A stretch of 64,000 nt of DNA, taken from a virus. The notes under the pieces are model-generated. The model saw only the letters and a list, made by a program, of their open reading frames with translations, searched no databases and was not told the DNA's origin. A program made the position numbers and the translations under genes. Position 1 is the stretch's first letter. Every line of letters starts with the position of its first letter. The DNA is taken from positions 1 through 64,000 of IMG/VR virus record IMGVR_UViG_3300042558_005120. The stretch is one strand, 5' to 3'. Of this stretch, positions 31,093-39,726 are shown piece after piece.

Positions 31093-31397
31093 TATTTTAT
31101 AAAATTAATATGGTCTAATGATTTAATCATTTTGTGAAACTCTTTAATAATAGCCCCACCTTTTCTTGGATTTCCTTTGTCCGTTAATAACGGAGTCAAC
31201 CCCATACATTCTGGATTATTAGTATTGCCCCAAGCCACATAATGTGTTTTATTTATCTTCACAGGTTCTTTCAGTAAAATTAAATATCGACCATCTTCGT
31301 GTTTATAACTCATTAGTTTTAAATAATCAGTAATACATTTTATGTATTTTTCACCAGTCAACCAATCAGGTTCGTAAGTAGGTTTTGTAAAGTACAT
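31092..31397 (-). CDS. Hypothetical protein between gp47 and gp46
   Basis: 101-aa ORF, translationally coupled. Confidence 0.5.
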   Translation of the reverse strand: MYFTKPTYEPDWLTGEKYIKCITDYLKLMSYKHEDGRYLILLKEPVKINKTHYVAWGNTNNPECMGLTPLLTDKGNPRKGGAIIKEFHKMIKSLDHINFIK

Positions 31398-31407
31398 AAT
31401 AATAAAT

Positions 31408-32526
31408 TTAGTTAATTATCATTTCATTATTTTTTTCCATATCTCGAAGTGTCTCGTGATAGATACCAGTACTTGTTTTTATCAAACGTTCTTTAATACT
31501 AGATGTATATGCTAATTCATTAACATAAGTTTCAATTAATTTAACAATCGAAATTGAGTCAGGATTTTCAATATCCCCTTCTATATCGTCCTCAACCTTT
31601 TCACCTTCTTCTTCGGTAATAATAACGTGATTGATTTTTCGATACCCAGACAGTTTATCCATAAAGACTGCAAATGGAAATTTCAGTGACCATTGCGGTG
31701 TCATATGAATATCCACAAAGTTATTGGCAAATAGACGTTGGATTGTTTCAATGTTTTGCTCGAGCAACCATTCAAGGCGATACCGCAAAAATTTAGGTGA
31801 CCGAGTATTCTCCCAAGAAGTTTCTTCTAATGTTTCCAAATCAACTCGCCAAACAGATTTAATATTGCCTGCATCCGAACGGGTCAGCTGATAAGGCGAA
31901 CCAACCATTCTAATGTTTTTATATTTTTGTGTATAGTGAATATGGCCGGAGTAGACTTGTGTATAATTGTTGAATACTTCTGCTTCATTTCCTTCTTCAA
32001 CTTTAACATTTCTACTGAATGAAACACCCCGGACATCGGTGTGGCAAAAAAGTAAATCAGCTTTGTTTTTTGGATTTTGGACAAATTCTCTAAGTTCATC
32101 TTCCTCTTCAACCCACGGCAAAAACATCCCTGTAGATTTTCCAAAATTAACAAGCTGCGGGTTTTCAAAAACTGTTACATTTTTTGTATGTTTAAAAAGC
32201 TTCATTGAGTTTATCTCATTTGTATGCTTCATAAAAATATCGTGGTTGCCGATAATAATATAAACCGGCAAAATATCCGCAAGTGCTTCGATAATCTCTT
32301 GGCCTTTATTCATAATATACAAATTAATAGACTGTCGAGAATCAAATGTATCGCCGCAGTGAATTAGAATATCACCGGGTTTGTGTTCGGATTTAATTAG
32401 TGGAATTAAAAAATTGTGAAAATAGTCATCAATTATTTCCATCCATTCTTTAGAATTATTTCTGACACCAAAATGTGTATCTGAAATAATCCAAGCTCTG
32501 GTTGCGGGAACATTTAAAGTAGTCAT
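31408..32526 (-). CDS. Recombination nuclease subunit (gp47 / SbcD / Mre11)
   Basis: SDTHFG, GDTFD, GNHD, SGHIH, GSPYQLT. Confidence 0.92.
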   Translation of the reverse strand: MTTLNVPATRAWIISDTHFGVRNNSKEWMEIIDDYFHNFLIPLIKSEHKPGDILIHCGDTFDSRQSINLYIMNKGQEIIEALADILPVYIIIGNHDIFMKHTNEINSMKLFKHTKNVTVFENPQLVNFGKSTGMFLPWVEEEDELREFVQNPKNKADLLFCHTDVRGVSFSRNVKVEEGNEAEVFNNYTQVYSGHIHYTQKYKNIRMVGSPYQLTRSDAGNIKSVWRVDLETLEETSWENTRSPKFLRYRLEWLLEQNIETIQRLFANNFVDIHMTPQWSLKFPFAVFMDKLSGYRKINHVIITEEEGEKVEDDIEGDIENPDSISIVKLIETYVNELAYTSSIKERLIKTSTGIYHETLRDMEKNNEMIIN

Positions 32527-32945
32527 TAAAAAAGTCGTTTAATATTTTTCTTTGCGAATATTTTATACTTGCCATCCAACTCACGGATAATTCGATCTTG
32601 GTATGCAGAACCTAATTCATTAAACAGTGTCTCATACGGCGCAGTCATAAATTCAGCAATTGCTGTAAACCTTTCAACCGCAGACATATCGTCAGACTTT
32701 AATCGGTCATCAAAGTAATAATAGATTTCTGCTAAAACTGATTTGCTGTTTTTTCGTGTTTTCTCAAAGTCCCCAGAATACGGTGACTCTTTGTAGATTT
32801 TGTATAAATCTTCTTGAAGCTTTGTTTCAATATAGTCTTCGTATAAATCCCCAGTTGCTTCTTGAACTACTTTAATTTCACCAAATAGTTCATAGTCAAT
32901 ATCCCCACGGTTAAAACTATTGTTAAATATTTTATCTTCTTTCAT
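32526..32945 (-). CDS. Hypothetical protein, possibly a gp33-like late transcription co-activator
   Basis: C-terminal helical pattern loosely like gp33; weak. Confidence 0.3.
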   Translation of the reverse strand: MKEDKIFNNSFNRGDIDYELFGEIKVVQEATGDLYEDYIETKLQEDLYKIYKESPYSGDFEKTRKNSKSVLAEIYYYFDDRLKSDDMSAVERFTAIAEFMTAPYETLFNELGSAYQDRIIRELDGKYKIFAKKNIKRLF

Positions 32946-32950
32946 ACTTG

Positions 32951-34072
32951 TTATTCGTTAATAATTTGTGAATCGGGGTCTTCGGTTATGGACATATAAT
33001 CATAATCAATTAAAAACTTTTTTCGAGAATTTTTGTATCCGTCATCTCGATTCGCTAACAGTTTTAACATATACTCACGGTTGGCGTGCATAATTTCATC
33101 TTGGATGATACCAAACATAGCATCCACCGTATGACCTAAACCCGAAGACTCGGAAATATTAGTAATATTCAAATCAGTACTGCCGAAACCACTTCTGTTG
33201 ACTTGAGTTGCTGTGATAATTGCCCATTCATTTCGCATTGCCATGGCACGTAGGTCTTCAGCGATTTGTTTAATTTTCATATACATATTTTCGCTGTTTG
33301 GATTTCTCCAGTTTTTCAAGATATTAATGTAATCCAGGACAATTACTTTGAATTTAATACCTTTCATCTCTTCCATTTTCCTTAGATACATTTCCAAATC
33401 GGGAACACCTGCAGATGAAGTCGGAAATTCTTTTACAAATAATTTACCAGGCATCTGTAAATTGTTATAACCGATGCCTGCTAATTTTTTCTTAACCGCA
33501 ACTTTGTCTCTGGCAAAGTCACCATATTCTCGCATACTGATTCCAAGCATATTTGCACCCAAACGTTTGATTACTTTACGGTCTCGCATCTCTAAAGAGA
33601 TTACTGCAGTATTATAACCAAGTTTTACAGAATTAGATGCCACGTTTGCTAACCAGATAGAATTGTGACTTAATATACCGTTTGTATAGAACCTACGATT
33701 CTCATCTGAAAGTTGTAAATCATACATATTCTCGTATGTGCCAGTTTGGTTGATTGAATAAATCATCTCTGGTCCACTATCAGTGAGTATGTAATCACCT
33801 ATTTCTAGTTCATTGATAAATGTTTCAGAAAAAGCATTCAAGCCAGAAGAACATTTATACACAATATGAGTGTCAGCAGCACGTAAATTGAAAGATTCTG
33901 TTTTAATCTCCCATACTTCGTATTCTACTGTTTTGCCTATTGCTTTAATATCAACCCACCCGGTATCTGTTAAAACTTCAAATTCTTCTGTTCTATCTCC
34001 AAAAGTGAATGTTTCTACAAATTTTTTATACGGTCTTTCTTCTTCTGTTTTTTGAATAAAATCTTTTTGCAT
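32951..34072 (-). CDS. Replicative helicase (gp41 / DnaB-like), C-terminal part, fused to a 137-aa C-intein (34072-33662)
   Basis: AADTH, MYDLQL...FYTNGILSHN|SIWLAN; then ISLEM, KEFPT, LDYINI, TATQVNRSG, SES motifs. Confidence 0.92.
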   Translation of the reverse strand: MQKDFIQKTEEERPYKKFVETFTFGDRTEEFEVLTDTGWVDIKAIGKTVEYEVWEIKTESFNLRAADTHIVYKCSSGLNAFSETFINELEIGDYILTDSGPEMIYSINQTGTYENMYDLQLSDENRRFYTNGILSHNSIWLANVASNSVKLGYNTAVISLEMRDRKVIKRLGANMLGISMREYGDFARDKVAVKKKLAGIGYNNLQMPGKLFVKEFPTSSAGVPDLEMYLRKMEEMKGIKFKVIVLDYINILKNWRNPNSENMYMKIKQIAEDLRAMAMRNEWAIITATQVNRSGFGSTDLNITNISESSGLGHTVDAMFGIIQDEIMHANREYMLKLLANRDDGYKNSRKKFLIDYDYMSITEDPDSQIINE

Positions 34073-34126
34073 ATTTTTTATTTTAATCAATACAATTTGC
34101 TGATACTTTAATTTTCTCGGAATTTT

Positions 34127-34642
34127 TTACCAGTTTGAATTAGTTGAATTTGTTTTTATGTGTTTATCATAACTAATAATTATTTCCTCTAGATCTTTTT
34201 TAAGTGATTCCATAAGTTCAATCCAATTTTTTTTAAATAAACAAGATTTTGATGTGCCTGGATATTCTTCCTGGGGTTCTAATATTAGAAAGCTGCCATT
34301 ACAATCACTGGATGAATATTTTACATTGTCAACAATTATTTTGTATTTAAAATCTTTCATAAGGATTTTTATTGTATATGAATACCAAAAGGTAAGACCG
34401 TTATTAGAAATTTCTTTTATAGTACCTTTTATTATAATAATACCGTTTTCCTTATCATCATTTTGAATAACTTCTTTAGATGATTTCCATTTTTCGGCAA
34501 TAAAAAATTTTGTATCTGAATAAATCTCATCTTTTGTTTTTTCTACAGAATCAATTTTCTCCCATGTAAAGTTTTTCTGAGAATACGAATAAAAAGATGA
34601 TAACATCATTAGTGCAATCATTAGATACTTAATAGTTTTCAT
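34127..34642 (-). CDS. Secreted protein (DUF4468-like), passenger gene inside the split helicase locus
   Basis: Signal peptide MKTIKYLMIALMMLSSFYSYSQ; KDEIY...VIQNDDKENGIIIIKG...KDFKYK. Confidence 0.6.
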   Translation of the reverse strand: MKTIKYLMIALMMLSSFYSYSQKNFTWEKIDSVEKTKDEIYSDTKFFIAEKWKSSKEVIQNDDKENGIIIIKGTIKEISNNGLTFWYSYTIKILMKDFKYKIIVDNVKYSSSDCNGSFLILEPQEEYPGTSKSCLFKKNWIELMESLKKDLEEIIISYDKHIKTNSTNSNW

Positions 34643-34680
34643 TTAAGTTATTTTTAGTTTGTTTATAGAATAATTATAAT

Positions 34681-34708
34681 TTATATGAAAAAATAATTAA
34701 TTAGTTTT
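34681..34708 (-). promoter_or_regulatory. Bipartite promoter AAAACT-N15-CATATAA upstream of the passenger gene and helicase C-half
   Basis: Exact motif and spacing. Confidence 0.7.
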
Positions 34709-35785
34709 ATTAATAAAATTAACACAATCGGAAATAACTTTCTCTGGATTATTTCGATAATCATTTTCCCATACAACTAATACTTGGTATCCACATTTTT
34801 CTATTAAATGTATCTTTTCAGTGTGAGCATCCCAAATTTCCTTTGCGGTTTTTTGTATCATTTTGTGGAAATACGTTGATTCATAAGTAGAAGGATTACA
34901 ATGCCAATAATCACCATTGAACTCAATAATTTTTTTGTCAATTACAAAGTCGTATGCAAAACACTTTTGTACTTCTGGAAAAAATCGAAAATATTGTTTT
35001 TGCCCGTTAAGTGCACAGTAATAAGTAGTGGAAGGCTCTAATTGGTCAACTATAGATTTAATTAATTCTAATTCAACAGAAGAGTATATGGTTTTACAAA
35101 TTTTTGTGAACTCACCGTTTTTGTATTTTTCTTCAATCTTTTTGCTCCATTTTATATGTCTTTCTTTCCATACCTCAGGGCCTAAATCTGAACCATATTT
35201 GTCAATACATTTTTCTAAAGTAAACGTTCTTTGTCTTTCCTTTTGCATTTCTTTAGCATCTTTAATTGTATATCCTTTGTTTAACCAATATTCCAATTCT
35301 AAAGGTGTTCTGCCTTTATATAATTCAGGATTATTTCGTATTTTATCTAAAAATACGCCAACCATTGAATTTGTTTGCTTCTTTTGTTGTGCTAAAGCTT
35401 CTTCTTTAGAATATCCTTTGTTTTCCCAATATTCTATTGTATTAAAATGCTGTCCAGGGTTTTCCTGTTTAGATTTACTTATGTTCTTTCCTCTTTTATT
35501 ATAAGAGCTGTTAATCTTATTAACAGCTTGCTCATAAGTTAATCCGAACTTTTCCATCTGCCACTGTGGGTTTGTTGTTAATTTAGCGGTCGCTGTTTTG
35601 TTTTTTAATTCATTGACTTTAGTAACCGCTTCATTATACGTTAAACCAAATTTTTGTATCTGATAATCTACAGAATACGGATTAGATTTTTTCCCCTGTA
35701 TCTCTTTAATTTTAATCAATGCTTCCTCTTCTGATAATCCAAACTTTGTCATTTGATAACTGACGTCTTTCCAACTTTTTCTCAT
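34697..35785 (-). CDS. Free-standing homing endonuclease (Vsr/DUF559-like) between the split helicase halves
   Basis: YDFVIDKKIIEFNGDYWHCNP...VVWE; N-terminal helical repeats (YQxxKFGL, EYWxNKGY); paralog of 12401-13528. Confidence 0.8.
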   Translation of the reverse strand: MRKSWKDVSYQMTKFGLSEEEALIKIKEIQGKKSNPYSVDYQIQKFGLTYNEAVTKVNELKNKTATAKLTTNPQWQMEKFGLTYEQAVNKINSSYNKRGKNISKSKQENPGQHFNTIEYWENKGYSKEEALAQQKKQTNSMVGVFLDKIRNNPELYKGRTPLELEYWLNKGYTIKDAKEMQKERQRTFTLEKCIDKYGSDLGPEVWKERHIKWSKKIEEKYKNGEFTKICKTIYSSVELELIKSIVDQLEPSTTYYCALNGQKQYFRFFPEVQKCFAYDFVIDKKIIEFNGDYWHCNPSTYESTYFHKMIQKTAKEIWDAHTEKIHLIEKCGYQVLVVWENDYRNNPEKVISDCVNFINKTN

Positions 35786-35808
35786 AGTTTGTAATGAATA
35801 TTTTAAAT

Positions 35809-35817
35809 TATATATTC
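35809..35817 (-). promoter_or_regulatory. Late-type promoter motif GAATATATA upstream of the endonuclease
   Basis: Recurrent motif. Confidence 0.6.
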
Positions 35818-35843
35818 ATTGGAGAGATGAAAATTTATGCAAA

Positions 35844-36536
35844 TTAATATGGGATAAATCGTTTATGGAATTCACCAATTTCAATTTCTTCAACAACTCC
35901 TGTTTTTTTGTTTCGGACAGCAATTTTGGCATCAGATGTGGTGCATTTACCAATTTTCATTTCACCGATAAAACAAAAAAGAGCTTTGCTGTACCATCCA
36001 CCGCCTAAGATTAAATCGAGATAAGGATATCCCGTAGAGAAAGTATCTGATGTTGGTTGCTCGTGGCTGTCGGGATTAAAGAAATCCAAACCTTCGTCAA
36101 ATCCAAATTGAATATTATTCCGGTCAGTGATAATCGACTTTGCAGTTTGGACAACATCTTTAATGTTCTCGGCATTGATTTTTGTATTTTTCAGATAGGC
36201 TATCAAATCCATTACTGAAAGATCCAAATTTTTAAATTCAATCCAAGATTGTGCAGTCTCAGAAATCCAGGTTGTGTCGAATTCAGAAAGACGAGTTTCA
36301 AAAATCATTTCAATTTTGGTCGAAGAAAGGTCATCCCCCAATTCTTGCATTTTTGAAATCTCAACACATTGTGCTGATGTAGGTACTTGAGAGTATTTTT
36401 GAATAAACTCAACAGATATTTCATAAAGTTTTCGAATATCTGGAGAATCAAAAAACCTGGGTTTCACAATATCCAACAGCTCTTTGTTGGCCATCAGATA
36501 GTGATAAAATATTTTTTCGAGGTGTGGTGCTGTCAT
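35844..36536 (-). CDS. Replicative helicase (gp41), N-terminal part, fused to a 33-aa N-intein (Cys1 at 35945)
   Basis: FSTGYPYLDLILGGG...IGEMKIGK|CTTSDAKIAVRN; probable start MTAPH. Confidence 0.88.
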   Translation of the reverse strand: MTAPHLEKIFYHYLMANKELLDIVKPRFFDSPDIRKLYEISVEFIQKYSQVPTSAQCVEISKMQELGDDLSSTKIEMIFETRLSEFDTTWISETAQSWIEFKNLDLSVMDLIAYLKNTKINAENIKDVVQTAKSIITDRNNIQFGFDEGLDFFNPDSHEQPTSDTFSTGYPYLDLILGGGWYSKALFCFIGEMKIGKCTTSDAKIAVRNKKTGVVEEIEIGEFHKRFIPY

Positions 36537-36541
36537 AGATA

Positions 36542-36569
36542 TTATATGCAAAATTAGTTAAATAGTTTA
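36542..36569 (-). promoter_or_regulatory. Bipartite promoter TAAACT-N15-CATATAA upstream of the helicase N-half
   Basis: Motif with fixed spacing. Confidence 0.65.
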
Positions 36570-36866
36570 CACCCAAGGCATATAGGTTAACTTAAATCGA
36601 TCTTTATTTTTTTCCAATTTAATTAGACTATCACTGTTAGGATTTACTAATTTATCCAAAAAAGTTCTTAGTTCTTCAATTGTACTAAAATGATATTTCA
36701 TTCCTGACCAAACTTGCTCTGGCAAAAAATCTTTACTTAGTCTATTTAAGTCGTCCAAGGTTGATACCAACGCATAACAGAGGTCGTCATACGTTGGGTA
36801 ACCAGGCATTTCTTGATAGACACCAAGTAAGTATTTAATCGGTAATTTAGACTGATTAATTTTCAT
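36567..36866 (-). CDS. Hypothetical protein
   Basis: 99-aa ORF between uvsX and gp41. Confidence 0.55.
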   Translation of the reverse strand: MKINQSKLPIKYLLGVYQEMPGYPTYDDLCYALVSTLDDLNRLSKDFLPEQVWSGMKYHFSTIEELRTFLDKLVNPNSDSLIKLEKNKDRFKLTYMPWV

Positions 36867-37566
36867 CTTCTAAAATGGTGTTTGCAATTTCATCGTCTTC
36901 CAATTCGTTGATTTCATTAATATTTGGAAGCATAAATGTTTTCTTGATAATTTTTTCATCCAACTCTTTAAGAACTTCTTGCGTGATTATTTTTGCTGTA
37001 AAAAGTTCATTAGGCTTAATTGAATCTGCAAGGTGGCGAACAGCGATTGTCCTGGAAGTTTCCTTTCCTTCAAAGTAAAGGACTTCCTCGACCCCATTTT
37101 CTCGTGTTACTGTAAAACGAGTATTTGCTATTTCCGCTTGTTCGGCCGGAGACTTCTTATTAAATTCCTTTTCGGTAATAAGTTTACCTCTTTGTATTCC
37201 ACAAGTTTCCCAATTCATATACTCTTCTAAGCCAACAAAGCGGTTCATACCGCGAATAAAACTGATGTGAAACTTAATTGGAATTGGTCGAGCAAAACGA
37301 TTCTTTGCAGGTTTAGATGTAACAATAATTCCGGTTCGATTAGTTCCATCTTCCTTTAATTGTGCCTTGCTTAGTTGCAATATAATTGAAGCATTGTATA
37401 TTGCCCCGCCTCCACCACTGATTGTTTGTCCAGGGATATACGACCCGATCGAATTGTGCATCACAACCCCATCTTTGGACAAATAATGATGTGCAGTTGC
37501 AACTTCAATATCGTACACCGTATTTAAGTCACCCTGTTCTTTTTTAAGAAGTTTTAATTTTTTCAT
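36856..37566 (-). CDS. uvsX: UvsX/RecA recombinase, C-terminal part, fused to a 38-aa C-intein
   Basis: MKKLKLLKK...VYDIEV...HHY...VVMHN|SIGSYIPGQTISGGGGAIYNAS...KNRF. Confidence 0.9.
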   Translation of the reverse strand: MKKLKLLKKEQGDLNTVYDIEVATAHHYLSKDGVVMHNSIGSYIPGQTISGGGGAIYNASIILQLSKAQLKEDGTNRTGIIVTSKPAKNRFARPIPIKFHISFIRGMNRFVGLEEYMNWETCGIQRGKLITEKEFNKKSPAEQAEIANTRFTVTRENGVEEVLYFEGKETSRTIAVRHLADSIKPNELFTAKIITQEVLKELDEKIIKKTFMLPNINEINELEDDEIANTILEDEN

Positions 37567-37604
37567 TGTTTGTTTTTATTTTCAGAAATCATACATTTTT
37601 GTAC

Positions 37605-38513
37605 TTATTTAACAAAAATTTCATCACCTTCTTCTAATTCATCAGCAGTAATCCAAGAATCCGTACTTGTAATATCATCTGGGTTAACCAAGAATAAGTG
37701 AAGTGGAGAACATTCAATTTTAATATCACCTTCAAAGTGTAGTTTAATAGTTCGGGTGTTATCATATTTAAATGTATCAACAACCGGCTGTGGTCCATCG
37801 ATTGTCATAACCACATCATTAATTTTGATTTCTTCTAGTTTTTTGCAAGTACCGTCTGCCATTTGTACTTCTGTATCACCTAAAGCACAAGCATAAGTGT
37901 GGTTTGTAAATATAAACGGGATTTTAAATTCAGCAAGGTCAGTTGTGATAACTCTAAAAAGTGAACGAAGATCTTGCTGTTTTGTCATATCCTTTTTCTC
38001 ACTTCCACTTGCAGCATCTACTTTTTCTTTTGTTGTTGCCAAGTTTCCTAATGAGTCTAACACCAACATAATTTTCGGAAGTTCAGTTCCTTTTTCTTTT
38101 GCTTTGCGTAAAGTGTCACATAAGTTAGCAACAAAGTGTCGGACTTCTAATGAAGTTGCAACTGGTTGGTAGCGAACTTTATCTGGGTCAATTCCAAAAT
38201 TTCTCATTATATCTTCATCCACTGCTGCTTCAGAGTCACAATAAATAATATTGTAACCCATCCTTTGAGCTTCACGGCAAGCATTTAATGTTAAAAAAGT
38301 TTTGCCCGTTCCTGACTCACCCGCAAAACAAATTGAACGAGAATTAGGTATCCCGCCAAAAAGTGAACCCGTTAATTGCGCATTTAATAAATAGTTACCA
38401 GTATCAATCCACTCATCAATTTTTGAAAAAGTATTCCCGGTAATAATTGAACCCTTTGGGTTGATTTTGGATAACACCGTATCCAATTCTGAAAAAGAAA
38501 ATCCTTTTGCCAT
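37605..38513 (-). CDS. uvsX: UvsX/RecA recombinase, N-terminal part (208 aa), fused to a 94-aa N-intein (Cys1 at 37889)
   Basis: AGESGTGKT, DSEAA, LDSLGNL, TNHTYA|CALGDTEVQMADG...CSPLH...ELEEGDEI. Confidence 0.9.
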   Translation of the reverse strand: MAKGFSFSELDTVLSKINPKGSIITGNTFSKIDEWIDTGNYLLNAQLTGSLFGGIPNSRSICFAGESGTGKTFLTLNACREAQRMGYNIIYCDSEAAVDEDIMRNFGIDPDKVRYQPVATSLEVRHFVANLCDTLRKAKEKGTELPKIMLVLDSLGNLATTKEKVDAASGSEKKDMTKQQDLRSLFRVITTDLAEFKIPFIFTNHTYACALGDTEVQMADGTCKKLEEIKINDVVMTIDGPQPVVDTFKYDNTRTIKLHFEGDIKIECSPLHLFLVNPDDITSTDSWITADELEEGDEIFVK

Positions 38514-38527
38514 ATAATTTTTTTATT

Positions 38528-39715
38528 TTAAAAAAGTGCAGTTCGCACAAAAAGCTCTTCAGGTATTGAAGGGATGCCCATTGAATTTAAAAATCGGTTC
38601 ATTGGTTCGATAACACATTTTGCAAACTGAATATCATAGTCAACCTCGGGTGCCATTTCAGTAGGGAAACCGCCTGGCAGATATCCAAAGATATTCTGCC
38701 CGGCAGGACCCTTTGATTTTGCATAATAGTATCTAATTTTGTCACCTGATTTGATAAGCTCGTATTTGTTTTTCCATTTTGAGTTATGGACCAAATAGTT
38801 ATGATACCCGGCAGCTCGAACGTGAATGGGACAATTTGGATTTATTATAAAAGTGTCTCGGTCATTTGCGATTCCTTTCTCATAGTCATTGATACTTGAA
38901 GACATCGAAATTGCTTCAATATCACTTAACATAAATTCTTCCTTTTCTTTCTTTAAACGTTGAACGAATTTTTTAAGATCCAACTTGTTTCTTTCTTGAA
39001 AAAGAATAATTAACAAATCTTTTAGTCTTTTTCGAGCAAATGCAGGTGTAGAAGATTGAACAATCTCTACACCCTTTGCATCAATTTTGCTTTGTGGTTG
39101 GTAGCGAATACCATCGCCTTTGCCGGTTTTCCAAGCCTTATCCATAACGTATTTTTTCTTTTTCAAGAAAATAGCTGAATACGAAAGGGTTTCAAATTCT
39201 AGGTTTTGAATATTTTCTGTTCCAGATTTTTCTGCAAATTTTGCAAAATTCTTATCCAAATATTGTTTTAACCTAAGTTTGTAAATTTGATGTATCAGTT
39301 CTTCTGCGGACCCGTTCCAATCACATCCATTAACAACTTCTTGGAAAGTAATATAGACCGAATCTGTATCGCCATAAACTGATACATCATTAATTACTCG
39401 TTCAACTCTGGTTAGACCAAGCTTTGTGTGCAGCTCTTTATCTCGATACCAAAATTCTGAAAAATAACGATTCATAATACTTTGAACAAACTTGATAAGT
39501 TCTTGTCCTTGAAGCGTAATTGCTTCTGCAACTTTAATATTAAAACCAACAAAGTACGCGGATGCGGTTGCACCATAACAGCTGTTGATAAAGATTTTTA
39601 TTGCTTGTTCTTCATTTTTTTTGATGTTCATTAAAGAAGTTAATCTTTCGATTTCAGCTTTAATGTCATCACGACTTGCAGAAACTAAATCAATGTTCGA
39701 ATATTTTAAATCCAT
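38528..39715 (-). CDS. Family B DNA polymerase, C-terminal subunit (fingers-palm-thumb)
   Basis: KIFINSCYG (motif B), YGDTDS (motif C), KKKY, KGVEIVQSSTP. Confidence 0.9.
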   Translation of the reverse strand: MDLKYSNIDLVSASRDDIKAEIERLTSLMNIKKNEEQAIKIFINSCYGATASAYFVGFNIKVAEAITLQGQELIKFVQSIMNRYFSEFWYRDKELHTKLGLTRVERVINDVSVYGDTDSVYITFQEVVNGCDWNGSAEELIHQIYKLRLKQYLDKNFAKFAEKSGTENIQNLEFETLSYSAIFLKKKKYVMDKAWKTGKGDGIRYQPQSKIDAKGVEIVQSSTPAFARKRLKDLLIILFQERNKLDLKKFVQRLKKEKEEFMLSDIEAISMSSSINDYEKGIANDRDTFIINPNCPIHVRAAGYHNYLVHNSKWKNKYELIKSGDKIRYYYAKSKGPAGQNIFGYLPGGFPTEMAPEVDYDIQFAKCVIEPMNRFLNSMGIPSIPEELFVRTALF

Positions 39716-39726
39716 TTTTATATTTT

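Noticed and set aside
10543-38513. Group I/II introns or pseudogenes as the explanation for broken terL, gp41 and uvsX
   Set aside because: Each break has Cys1 and His-Asn|Ser/Thr intein termini with intact exteins, and there is no non-coding space for a ribozyme core.
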